DNA of 51,142 bases from Bacteroidales bacterium (GTDB lineage: Bacteria; Bacteroidota; Bacteroidia; Bacteroidales; UBA4181): positions 1 through 51,142 of the forward strand of contig JAISWR010000019.1 in the NCBI GenBank assembly GCA_031270985.1, given 5' to 3'. The position numbers and the translations under genes were made by a program. Of the stretch, positions 9,301 to 17,894 are shown in pieces. How positions within the stretch are numbered: position 1 is the stretch's first letter; each line of letters starts with the position of its first letter. The notes under the pieces are model-generated. The model made no database searches. It was not told where the DNA came from and worked only from the letters and a program-made list of their open reading frames with translations.

Positions 9301-10152
9301 TCGGACTTTGCACGACACATGGCATGGCAGATTACCGGAGATAAAACCTGTTTGGAAAAATATTATGCCGAACAGATTATCTCTGCACGGTTGCGGAACT
9401 ACATCAATACCGAAGGAAGTATCTGGACGGATCGCCTGTCGTTCTCGTCCGACATGCTTCAACGGTCGCGCATGGGCGGAACAGCCAATTCACGCAACCA
9501 GATTTACCCGGGCAACACCGTCAGTTGGCGTTTTAAAGACGGTGAAACGGCAGAGCAAGTTGCCATCCTTCTCCCTTTTGCCACACAAAAAGAATTTGAA
9601 GTGGAATTTTTCAACACCGCATCAACACCCGTTGAAGCGTACATGAAAGGAGCAGACGTAATAGGTGGACAATGGCAACTGTCATACGGCACGGACACCA
9701 ACGGAGACGGGCGACTGGATAAAACAACTTCCACGCGAAAAGTAACTTTCGGACGCAACGAAACGGTAATGCTGACCATCCCGCCGCAACAGCACATCAT
9801 GGTGAAAATGAAGTTATCCGGTAAAGGCGAATGGTTGAACCGGCGTCCCGACCTTGCCATAGGAGCGGAAGACGTCAGGATAAACGGCAACCGAGTGACG
9901 GTGACGGTACACAGTCTGGGAAATGCCGCCGCACCTGCTACGGAAATCGCATTGACCGACCCAGCGGGGAAAATCGTTTCGCGCTCCGTTATTCCTGCCA
10001 TAGCCGGCGTCATCAATATGAAGCCGAAACGCGCTGAAGTATCGCTCGCGCTGCCTCCCGATGCAAACGTGCACAACCTGTTTGTGCTGATAGATCCGCA
10101 AAACAAACTGAAAGAAATATTAAAAACCAACAACCGGCAAGCCATACAATAA
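6337..10152 (+). CDS. large secreted LamG-like jellyroll domain protein, putative carbohydrate-active enzyme
   Basis: Signal peptide; LamG signature (GTLSFFWR...WTHLALAWD...RFYVDG...GDIDEVLIYNHAL); long Trp/acid-rich middle region; C-terminal CARDB/Ig-like segment (PDLAI...VTVHSLG...IDPQNKLKEI..NN). Confidence 0.75.
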   Translation: MFPFKTVVMCLAILFSATLFGQDVGLLFQLSGEHGLKADHAAGDAVPNYLYNVAVIPDGAYGQGIRCGHTQLLSYWASGNIYAQRGTLSFFWRATPPVDETPLTLFRVSYADHSSWDMQWLRIDWNGHGFDAFVTDVNLARIRTSCTAPTPSPAKWTHLALAWDETEGIRFYVDGILAGKRDTVVVLDAALDQLGPHSRIISPYQVQSQYNYLRGGDIDEVLIYNHALTGDNIRMLSQGEEVRSSAPARNLNQDKWRDEWKLRYGWNRDGDLPPRLENKTTTIRKVQILETYDVKRWWWKANDGIRETTWPGVFNRSRIIGRTDYYILPDWDCYTVSGKEVRFNMPDEKWNYLEISGGADGTIAVTPDPQGKNGTKIFTREKRNERTFHKLERPVTGQTIVFANNVQETPIGEFDAFLIREGDAPEGVARLTYTLSARGNHNNPNIKAVREYINGRHPADEISVMLATPGYSGGRQLTRRQTEVRTSTPPTNNKLPLVHIIIPSDFRSGALGNTLTGNSDNFTYTWHNMDGGLDGIRITLPAMNVQPLENGLFPINVKVKDPIWTLRNMMDVSFSVKPNEERTVWLDLRDRILPDNKPLYLTITSAGADFNTNVLEGATIELIFKKKKEAVAEHTADRFAQVRDNHAMIVEEHPNNRRLSKYVQIENDMTDLLHADPEHERGREYWYIYNTEQPRPEMRQNDLQSSDAPLWAHLQLKYLKEFRHFVEWQIDNRQIENGEFGGGLSDDSDFGNFLPPLALMGVIPDKLERSLSLMMEAVIREGMMTNGTSTIQTDGLHTFEEGANVIGELNLLRMGDPKEVERLMEVAYALKHHITGVNPAGHRHFRSDFFSATKTAKGEWAWSFPWAGLHTIPAIQMAEFYGNAEARQLVIDIADGYLAHATVTPDGNVNVHSQISFYGDTIRTSGQDSTFPILWAAWKWTGNQKYLKPILDRGEAGLRAITSNALDLADLRQTLGKEIIANVTPENGSDFARHMAWQITGDKTCLEKYYAEQIISARLRNYINTEGSIWTDRLSFSSDMLQRSRMGGTANSRNQIYPGNTVSWRFKDGETAEQVAILLPFATQKEFEVEFFNTASTPVEAYMKGADVIGGQWQLSYGTDTNGDGRLDKTTSTRKVTFGRNETVMLTIPPQQHIMVKMKLSGKGEWLNRRPDLAIGAEDVRINGNRVTVTVHSLGNAAAPATEIALTDPAGKIVSRSVIPAIAGVINMKPKRAEVSLALPPDANVHNLFVLIDPQNKLKEILKTNNRQAIQ

Positions 10153-10228
10153 TATTCCGGACAAGCGCAAGCGGCAATTTTTTTTATCTTTTTTGTCCGC
10201 CTATGGGTGAATTATGATTTTTTTCGCG

Positions 10229-10236
10229 TAAATTTG
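10229..10236 (+). promoter_or_regulatory. Bacteroidota -7 promoter element (TAAATTTG) for the PurL-like gene
   Basis: TAnnTTTG consensus 20 nt upstream of ATG 10257. Confidence 0.55.
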
Positions 10237-10256
10237 TCGTTAAAAATGGCTCAAAT

Positions 10257-12278
10257 ATGAATCCAGACAATCAACCGTCTTTTGACGGAGTGGAAGATGT
10301 GTTAATATATGCAGCCGGTGTGACAGGCAGGGAACTCACCGCTTTGGAGCGCGAAATCATCGAAAGTCTGTACCGGCGAAGGAAGGAATGTGCCGCGCGA
10401 AAAACGGTAAACACAAACGGTTGTTTGTCGCAACCGGAAACCGACGACAAGGCGGGCATCGTGGAACTGACCGAAGAATATGCCTGTACGTTCAAAGCAT
10501 CACCTGTGGGCAGCAATCCGGCGGAAACGTTCGGCAAGACGTACCGCGAACTGTTTGTGCACGGCGCTCATCCTTTAGCCTCCATGATTTCCATGTCAAT
10601 CGGCGAAACGGCAACTACGGAACAGGAAGACCTGCGCAACGCGGTGAACGAAGTGGCTACCCCCGCCAACATCTACGGTATTCCTGTGGTGGGCGGCGAT
10701 GTGTGTTTTAAAGATACGTCCGTTTTTGCCGCCGACTTGTTGTCTGTCGGCATTATTGACAAAAACACACAATTGCACCACGTTTGCAAGGGAGAAGGCA
10801 ATCATGTGTACCTGTTGGGTACGCCGGATGAAGCGCTTGATATATTCCAATGCCGCACCCATTACGAGCTGCTTTGCGATCTGTACGACGAACTGTTGCC
10901 TGTTGCCGTGCAATCCGTGTATGGTAGCGGCATACTGGGAATATGTGCCGAAATGGTTGCCGACGGCGAAAACGGCATCCTGATCATGGCGGAAACCCTG
11001 TCCGAAACACAAGATGACTACGCCGCGTTATTGCGGGAAGCGCCCGGAAAATTCATCGTTATCATTCCGGAAAACGCGCGCAACGATATGGAACAGATAT
11101 GCAGGAAATGGGACAAACAATGGCTACGAATAGGAACAGTCACTTTTGAACAGACATTATCGGTACGGCACGGCGATACTGTGCCGGTAACGCTTCCTGC
11201 AGAAGCGCTCCGGTGGTTTAATCCGCCGGCTGCTGTCGCCGGTACGGATGTGCCGATGTCCGAAACGGAACAGCAAAAATCCGTACACCTGCCCCAGCAG
11301 GACAATTGCAAAGAAATAGCGAAATCATTGCTGCAAGCGCCTAATCTGCAAGCACGACAATGGTTCTTCAACCGTTTTGATAGCACTGTGGGCATCAATA
11401 ACCTTTCCACCAATTTCATATCCGACACCTCTGTGGTACAAATCAAGGGAACGCGGCATGGACTGGCAATATCGTTCGGGAGCATGGCCTTTTCTGTTGA
11501 GCCTTATCCGGAATCTGTCAAACTGTTGATTGCTAAAACTGTCTGCAAAACCGTCTGCTCGGGCGGCATTCCGCTGGTAGTGACGGGCTGTCTTACCTGC
11601 AACGCCAACACCCTCAAAAAGGCGGCGGAGATACGAGAACATATCGCTATGGCATGTCGGCAAATAGGGATTGCCTCGTCCGACGTCACGATGCAATGCC
11701 TGCCGGATGAACATGCCCCGCTCATCCGCCTCTCTCTGGGCAACATCGCCTTTCTGGAAGACAAGCACCAACAAATGACCATCTCTTTTAAAGGCAAAGG
11801 CGATATGATTTACCTGATAGGCAAGACAGACGACCAACTCAACGCTTCGGAATATATCCGTTTTTACCACAGCCTGAAAGACACACAACCACCTGCTATT
11901 GACATGAATAAGGAAGTAAAGTTGTTGCAAACGATACAACAGGCTGTCTCTCGGAAACTGGTGAAATCCGCGCACAGCGTATCACGGGGCGGTTTGTTCA
12001 CAACATTACTGGAATCGGCAATGGTGCGCAACTTTGGCTTCGACATTACGGTGGACAGTGAAATCCGCAAAAACGCTTTCCTCTTCGGCGAAGCCTCGTC
12101 ACGAGTGGCGGTAAGCGTAGCCACAGCCCGCGAAGCCGATTTTATCGACTTCATGATAGAACGCAACGTGCCGTTCATGACGCTGGGACACGTCACGCGT
12201 GAAGAAATCCGCATTGACGATGATTCATACGGATTTATCAGCGACTACAAACAAAAATACACCTTGCTGAACAATTAA
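10257..12278 (+). CDS. degenerate PurL-like (AIR synthase/PurM-like fold) protein
   Basis: Collinear with small PurL (GRELTALE, GAHPLA, GIPVVGGDV, WFFNRFDSTVG, KGDMIYLIG, SAHSVSRGGL, LFGEASSR), but WSEHC, ESHNHP and GAATGVGG are not recognisable. Confidence 0.75.
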   Translation: MNPDNQPSFDGVEDVLIYAAGVTGRELTALEREIIESLYRRRKECAARKTVNTNGCLSQPETDDKAGIVELTEEYACTFKASPVGSNPAETFGKTYRELFVHGAHPLASMISMSIGETATTEQEDLRNAVNEVATPANIYGIPVVGGDVCFKDTSVFAADLLSVGIIDKNTQLHHVCKGEGNHVYLLGTPDEALDIFQCRTHYELLCDLYDELLPVAVQSVYGSGILGICAEMVADGENGILIMAETLSETQDDYAALLREAPGKFIVIIPENARNDMEQICRKWDKQWLRIGTVTFEQTLSVRHGDTVPVTLPAEALRWFNPPAAVAGTDVPMSETEQQKSVHLPQQDNCKEIAKSLLQAPNLQARQWFFNRFDSTVGINNLSTNFISDTSVVQIKGTRHGLAISFGSMAFSVEPYPESVKLLIAKTVCKTVCSGGIPLVVTGCLTCNANTLKKAAEIREHIAMACRQIGIASSDVTMQCLPDEHAPLIRLSLGNIAFLEDKHQQMTISFKGKGDMIYLIGKTDDQLNASEYIRFYHSLKDTQPPAIDMNKEVKLLQTIQQAVSRKLVKSAHSVSRGGLFTTLLESAMVRNFGFDITVDSEIRKNAFLFGEASSRVAVSVATAREADFIDFMIERNVPFMTLGHVTREEIRIDDDSYGFISDYKQKYTLLNN

Positions 12279-12517
12279 CCGCCATGACAACCGAAAAAAC
12301 ATACGCACTCTCCACCTGTATAAATTTCATGGATTTTACCGGAAAAGAACGTGGTAAAACGTGTACATCGCCCTGTACCGGCAGAAGACGAAAAGCGAAA
12401 GAAGACGGTGGAGCGGAATAGAAAGCGCTATTATGCCGTAACCCTATTGACAAGAATATATCGCAGAGGTAAAAGATTTTTTGCTTCTACGTTGTTTTAT
12501 AATCAAACAAACGGACA

Positions 12518-13024
12518 ATGAACATATTCCTGACAGGCTTCATGGGAAGCGGAAAAACAACAATTGGTAAGCGGATGGCGAAACTTATCGGTTTTGATTT
12601 TGTAGATACCGACGAATGGATTGAACACAGGGAAGGAAAAACTGTCGCGCAGATATTCGAGGATGCGGGCGAAGAAGCGTTCCGGCGGATGGAGCATGAT
12701 GTGCTGGAGGAAATGCGGCAACGCGACTTCACGGTAGTCTCCACAGGCGGAGGAATGCCTTGTTTCGGCAACAACATGGAAATGATGCTGGCGATCGGAA
12801 AAGTGGTGTACCTGTACACGCTGCCGCAAACGCTGGTTCGACGGCTGATGCGGTCACACGTGGAACGGCCGCTGATTAAAGACAAATCTTTGGAGGAATT
12901 GCAGGAATATATTGCCGTCAAACTTGCGGAACGCGAACCGTTTTACCGAAAAGCCCATATCATCGTTTCCACCGAAAACTTTTCAATGGGACAATTGTTG
13001 CAATCGTTCAAACTAATGAAATGA
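12518..13024 (+). CDS. aroK: shikimate kinase
   Basis: Walker A GFMGSGKT, DTD, GEEAFR, STGGG, RPL, REPFY. Confidence 0.96.
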   Translation: MNIFLTGFMGSGKTTIGKRMAKLIGFDFVDTDEWIEHREGKTVAQIFEDAGEEAFRRMEHDVLEEMRQRDFTVVSTGGGMPCFGNNMEMMLAIGKVVYLYTLPQTLVRRLMRSHVERPLIKDKSLEELQEYIAVKLAEREPFYRKAHIIVSTENFSMGQLLQSFKLMK

Positions 13025-14292
13025 TGCCGGCAAAGCGTTTTTCCCAAGTCTTGCTGCTGATTTGCCTGTTGCAGGGCACCAAAATTTCAAATGTTGCCGC
13101 CTCCGGTAACTCCAGCATGAAAAAGGAGGATTCCGTGTCCGTCCAGCACCCGAAAAAGTTGTTTTTCAGCATCGGCAGGCAACACGGCAGCATGCTGAAC
13201 ACGTACCAAAGCGAAGTGATCAGCAATATTTACAGCGGTTCCCATTTTCGCATAGGATGGCAAACCGACGATTCCGACAAAAATCCCGACGACAACCTGT
13301 ACCGTTACCCGTACTACGGCTTCGGCTATTACGTCGGGAACATGAACAGGATAGTGCTGGGAAGCGGTGGACAAAACACGCAAAGCGGACAAAACGCACG
13401 AAGCAAATTCGGCAAGCCGCTGGCGGCATATGTTTTTTTCGGCATTCCTTTTTACCGTTCCAAATGGTATCAGGCGACGTACGACATCAGCGCCGGATTT
13501 TCCTACAATTTCAACGCCTACGATCCTGAGGAAAACCCCTACAACCTGCTGATCGGCAGCAAAAACAACGCCTACATCAGTTTTTCCGTAGGCAATACCT
13601 TTACCTTGCCCGGATATTCCACTTTTAACGCCGGTTTCAGTTTTCAACATTTTTCAAACGGTTCGTACCAAAAACCGAACAAAGGCATCAACCTCGTATC
13701 GGTGACGGCGGCGTATCAGTTCGGACTGTATGCCAACAGGGAGAAGCATTATGCACAGTTTGCCGCCATACGGTCGGAACCCGTTCTCGAATGGTATCTT
13801 TCTTTTGCCGGAGGCGTGAGGATGTTGGATACCGGCTTTGACCGCAACCACCCGCACGACGGCAAGCGATGGTTCTGCACCACCGTATCGTCCGCAGCAT
13901 TGGTCAAAACAGGCCTGCGCAGATGGATCGGCGCAGGCCTGGACTTTTTCTACTTCGACTGGGGACGCCACGTAATAGAATATCGGGCGCGACAAGAAGG
14001 TCGGGAAGCCACAACTTCGCCTTTGGATAACATGGAATGGGGCGCTTTCCTGTCACACGAAGCCGGCTACAAACGTCTCCGTATGATCATAAATTGTGGC
14101 TTTTACCTGTCCGACAGAGTGGGCGACAATCCGATTCATCCGTGGATATACGAAAGGTTGGGCATAAAGTACCACATCACCAAACGGCTGTTCGCAGGGC
14201 TGCTCGTCAAAGCACACCTCGCAAAAGCCGACTATACCGAGTGGACATTCGGATACATCCTGATAAAAGACAAACCGCTCAAAAAACGGTAA
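13021..14292 (+). CDS. outer-membrane acyloxyacyl hydrolase (PagL-like lipid A deacylase family)
   Basis: Signal peptide, alternating beta-strand pattern, QHFSNGSYQKPNKGIN (HxSN motif), YERLGIKY, KAHLAKADYTEW. Confidence 0.75.
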   Translation: MMPAKRFSQVLLLICLLQGTKISNVAASGNSSMKKEDSVSVQHPKKLFFSIGRQHGSMLNTYQSEVISNIYSGSHFRIGWQTDDSDKNPDDNLYRYPYYGFGYYVGNMNRIVLGSGGQNTQSGQNARSKFGKPLAAYVFFGIPFYRSKWYQATYDISAGFSYNFNAYDPEENPYNLLIGSKNNAYISFSVGNTFTLPGYSTFNAGFSFQHFSNGSYQKPNKGINLVSVTAAYQFGLYANREKHYAQFAAIRSEPVLEWYLSFAGGVRMLDTGFDRNHPHDGKRWFCTTVSSAALVKTGLRRWIGAGLDFFYFDWGRHVIEYRARQEGREATTSPLDNMEWGAFLSHEAGYKRLRMIINCGFYLSDRVGDNPIHPWIYERLGIKYHITKRLFAGLLVKAHLAKADYTEWTFGYILIKDKPLKKR

Positions 14293-14428
14293 AAGCGGTT
14301 TCATGCGCGGATTTATCCATGCGGGTTCCGGAAAAACCGTTTTTTACACAAAACTAATCTCGTATTTTTCCGACGTATTTTTTCCGAATCATCAAAAATC
14401 AATTTGTCAAAATTCCAATTAATTTTTG

Positions 14429-14436
14429 TAAATTTG
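14429..14436 (+). promoter_or_regulatory. Bacteroidota -7 promoter element (TAAATTTG) for yhcH-like/GH106/ECF genes
   Basis: Consensus match 31 nt upstream of ATG 14468. Confidence 0.55.
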
Positions 14437-14467
14437 TCCCAAAATTCATTCTCAAAAACCAGATTTT

Positions 14468-15079
14468 ATGAAAAACTTATTTTCTTTAGCAATTGTTTGC
14501 GTTGTCATGACACAATGCGGTGTTTCCGATCCTTCAAAATGGACGGACGAACAGATCAACCAGTGGTTTGAAAAAGGCGAATTTCTGAACGGATGGCAGG
14601 CGCAAGCCGATGAATCCGTGAATCACCGCGAGTTTGCCATTGCTTACCACCGCAACAAAGCGGTGTGGGACAAGGCATTTGAATTTCTGAAAACCGCCGA
14701 CCTGACAACCATTCCGACAGGACGCGTGGAACTCGGCGGCAAACTGTACGCCACCGTGCAGGACTATGTCCCGAAAAACCGCAACGAAACCCAATTTGAA
14801 GTGCACATAGAACACATTGATATACAATATGTTGCTGCCGGAAAAGAAGTGATTGAGCAAACGGGGATCGCCGATTTTACAGTCACCGTGCCTTACGATA
14901 CCATAAAAGACGTTACGCGCGGCACCGTCACGAAAAGTCATGCACACACGGCGGATTCCCTGCGTTTTTTCCTCTTTTTCCCCGAAGACGCGCATCGTCC
15001 TTCTTTGAAAGTCAATGAGGAAGACACTGTTTCTTCGGTCAGGAAAATAGTAGTGAAAGTGCCCGTATCCGTTCAATAA
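14468..15079 (+). CDS. YhcH/YjgK/YiaL (DUF386, NanQ-like) family protein, probable lipoprotein
   Basis: FEVHIEHIDIQY, FFLFFPEDAHRP, VRKIVVKV. N-terminal signal ending VVMTQC. Confidence 0.85.
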   Translation: MKNLFSLAIVCVVMTQCGVSDPSKWTDEQINQWFEKGEFLNGWQAQADESVNHREFAIAYHRNKAVWDKAFEFLKTADLTTIPTGRVELGGKLYATVQDYVPKNRNETQFEVHIEHIDIQYVAAGKEVIEQTGIADFTVTVPYDTIKDVTRGTVTKSHAHTADSLRFFLFFPEDAHRPSLKVNEEDTVSSVRKIVVKVPVSVQ

Positions 15080-15097
15080 TCCGTTCAACATACCGCC

Positions 15098-17872
15098 ATG
15101 AAGAATCTCACATCCCTTATTTTTGCTTTTCTTTTGCTGTCTTCGTGCGGCGAATCGCCGGATACGGCATGGGCGCCAATTCAGCCCGAAACACGCCCGG
15201 GCATGCGTTGGTGGTGGTTGGGCAGCGCCGTTGATTCGGCAGGTTTGACCGCCAACATGGAAAGCCTGCACAACGCCGGCGTAGGCGCGGTGGAAATCAC
15301 GCCCATCTACGGCATCACCGGCGCGGAACATCGCCACATCAACTATCTCTCGCCTCGCTGGATAGACATGTACAAACACGCGTCGAACGAGGGCAAGCGA
15401 CTGGACATACTGATTGATATGGCTACAGGGACGGGGTGGCCCTTCGGCGGTCCCGACGTACCTGTGGAAGATGGTGCAAGCAAGGTGATTTTCCAGAAAT
15501 ACACGGTGAAAGGCGGCACACATTTTCATCAAAAAATTGCGGCAGATGCGCCCGATCAGGCAACCATTGCCACTGTCTCCGCAGTGATGGCTTATTCCGT
15601 AACAGGCGAAAAAATAGACCTGACACATCAAACGGATGCCGACGGGATGTTGCACTGGGATGTTCCCGACGGCGAATGGACGGTGTGGACGGCGCTGAAC
15701 GGCAAGACCCTGCAAAAAGTGAAACGGGCGGCGCCGGGCGGTGAAGGACAGGTCATCAACCACCTGTCGGAGGACGCTCTGCAACGCTACCTTTCACGGT
15801 TCGACAAGGCGTTTGCCGCATATGGAGCGCCCTACCCGCACAGCTTCTTCAATGATTCGTATGAAGTGCATGGGGCGGACTGGTCGAAAAATCTGCTGGA
15901 AACATTTGAAAAACGACGCGGATACCGCTTGCAGGACTATCTCCCCGAACTGAACGGGGAAGGCGATGCGGAAATCAGTGCAAGGGTGGTGTGCGACTAC
16001 CGGCAAACCATCGGTGAACTGCTGCTGGACGAATTTACCGTCCCGTGGACAAAATGGGCGCACGAACACGGCGCTACCGTCCGTAACCAGGCGCACGGTT
16101 CGCCGGGCAACCTTATCGACTATTACGCCGCTGTGGATATTCCGGAATGTGAATCTTTCGGATTCTCCATCTTCGACATACCCGGCTTGCGCGTGGACAG
16201 CGTTATCCGCAACAGCGACACACATCCGGGCATCCTGAAATTTGCTTCGTCGGCAGCACACATCACGGGAAAACCGTTTGTGTCGTCGGAAACGTTTACC
16301 TGGCTAACGGAACATTTCCGCACCTCCCTCTCACAGATGAAGCCGGTGATGGATCAAATGTTCCTGTCGGGCATCAACCACATGTATTATCACGGAACAC
16401 CCTATTCGCCCGTCGATGCGCCATGGCCAGGATGGCTGTTCTATGCTTCCGTCAACATGAATGCCCACAATACTATTTTCAGAGATGTGCGGGGATTGAA
16501 CGACTATATCACACGAGTACAGTCGTTCCTGCAATACGGCGATCCGGACAACGACTTTCTTGTATATTTCCCGCTGTTTGACATTTGGCAGGAATTGCAA
16601 GGACAAAAAGAACGTTACTTCACCTTCTCCATCCACCGATTGATGGAACTTCTTCCAGAATTGCTCACCACGGTAAACGATATTCGCACTTATGGATTTG
16701 ATACGGATTATATCTCGGATAAATATCTGAACGAAACCTCCGTACACAACGGAAAAATTCAAACGGGCAGTGCCGCTTACAAGGCAATCATTATACCCAG
16801 TGTGAAATATATTCCGGTGGAAACGCTTGCCAAACTCGTACAGTTGGCAAAAGACGGCGCCACGGTGATTTTCACCGACCGTGTTCCTCAAGACGTGCCG
16901 GGATTGTTCCGTTTTCAAGAACGAAGAACGGAACAGAACGCGCTGTTGGAGGAAATTGCCGCTCCGCAAACGTTCAAGGCGACGGAAACAAAAGCTTTCG
17001 GGAAAGGACAACTGCTGTTCGGCAACGACTGTGCAGCATTGTTGCGATCTGTCGCCAAAGCCGAAGCGTTGTCCGCACAATACGGCGTACAGTTGCTGCG
17101 ACGGAAACACGCACAGGGACATCACTATTTCATCGCCCTGCTGCAAAACAAGCCGTTAGACGGATGGGTGCCGCTGGCGGTTGATGCACGTTCGGCAGCG
17201 CTCTACGACCCGCTTACGGGCAGTTACGGCAAAGCAAAACTCAGACGGCAGGACGGTGCCACCGAGATATATTTGCAGCTGGAGGCGGGACAGTCCGTGA
17301 TCGTGAAAACTTTTACCGACGCCGACATCAACATACCGGAATACGGGATGTATCGGAAAGGAACGCCCGTAAGCGTTACCGGAGCATGGTCATTCCGTTT
17401 TCTGGACGGATTGCCTTCCATCAGCGGCGAATACGACATGACGGACACGCCCGTATCGTGGACAGATCTTGCCTGCGACAGCGCCACCGTGTTTGCGGGA
17501 ACGGGGCGCTATTCCGTGTCTTTCTCTCTGACGGACGACGCTGACGAATGGCTGCTGGATCTGGGCAAACTGTGCGAAAGCGCTCGGGTATCCGTCAACG
17601 GGAAAGATGCAGGCATCGTGTGGGCATTGCCCTACACCGTGAAAATCGGCGCATATCTGCAAAAAGGCGAAAATCAATTGGACATCGACGTCACCAACCT
17701 GCCGGCAAACCGCATCCGGGACTACGACCGCAAAGGCATACAGTGGCGCATTTTTAAAGAAATCAACTTCGTGAATGTGAGATACCGCAACGAAAAATAC
17801 GACCACTGGAGCGTGATGCCTTCCGGACTAACTTCACCGGTACAGCTGATACCTCTGGAAGCGATGCAGTGA
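15098..17872 (+). CDS. GH106-family glycoside hydrolase (alpha-L-rhamnosidase-like), lipoprotein
   Basis: RPGMRWWWLGSAV, GVGAVEITPIYG, TGTGWPFGGP, FFNDSYEV, RNQAHG, DIPECESF, KFASSAAH, SETFTWL. C-terminal sugar-binding beta-sandwich (LDLG..ESARVSVNG..N.LDIDVTN). Lipobox LSSC. Confidence 0.85.
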   Translation: MKNLTSLIFAFLLLSSCGESPDTAWAPIQPETRPGMRWWWLGSAVDSAGLTANMESLHNAGVGAVEITPIYGITGAEHRHINYLSPRWIDMYKHASNEGKRLDILIDMATGTGWPFGGPDVPVEDGASKVIFQKYTVKGGTHFHQKIAADAPDQATIATVSAVMAYSVTGEKIDLTHQTDADGMLHWDVPDGEWTVWTALNGKTLQKVKRAAPGGEGQVINHLSEDALQRYLSRFDKAFAAYGAPYPHSFFNDSYEVHGADWSKNLLETFEKRRGYRLQDYLPELNGEGDAEISARVVCDYRQTIGELLLDEFTVPWTKWAHEHGATVRNQAHGSPGNLIDYYAAVDIPECESFGFSIFDIPGLRVDSVIRNSDTHPGILKFASSAAHITGKPFVSSETFTWLTEHFRTSLSQMKPVMDQMFLSGINHMYYHGTPYSPVDAPWPGWLFYASVNMNAHNTIFRDVRGLNDYITRVQSFLQYGDPDNDFLVYFPLFDIWQELQGQKERYFTFSIHRLMELLPELLTTVNDIRTYGFDTDYISDKYLNETSVHNGKIQTGSAAYKAIIIPSVKYIPVETLAKLVQLAKDGATVIFTDRVPQDVPGLFRFQERRTEQNALLEEIAAPQTFKATETKAFGKGQLLFGNDCAALLRSVAKAEALSAQYGVQLLRRKHAQGHHYFIALLQNKPLDGWVPLAVDARSAALYDPLTGSYGKAKLRRQDGATEIYLQLEAGQSVIVKTFTDADINIPEYGMYRKGTPVSVTGAWSFRFLDGLPSISGEYDMTDTPVSWTDLACDSATVFAGTGRYSVSFSLTDDADEWLLDLGKLCESARVSVNGKDAGIVWALPYTVKIGAYLQKGENQLDIDVTNLPANRIRDYDRKGIQWRIFKEINFVNVRYRNEKYDHWSVMPSGLTSPVQLIPLEAMQ

Positions 17873-17894
17873 CCCCTCTAAAAACACTTCGTCT

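Noticed and set aside
14281-14345. 10-bp inverted repeat AAAAAACGGT...ACCGTTTTTT at the end of the PagL-like gene
   Set aside because: The stem is mostly A/T with a 45-nt spacer; too weak to call a terminator or MITE.
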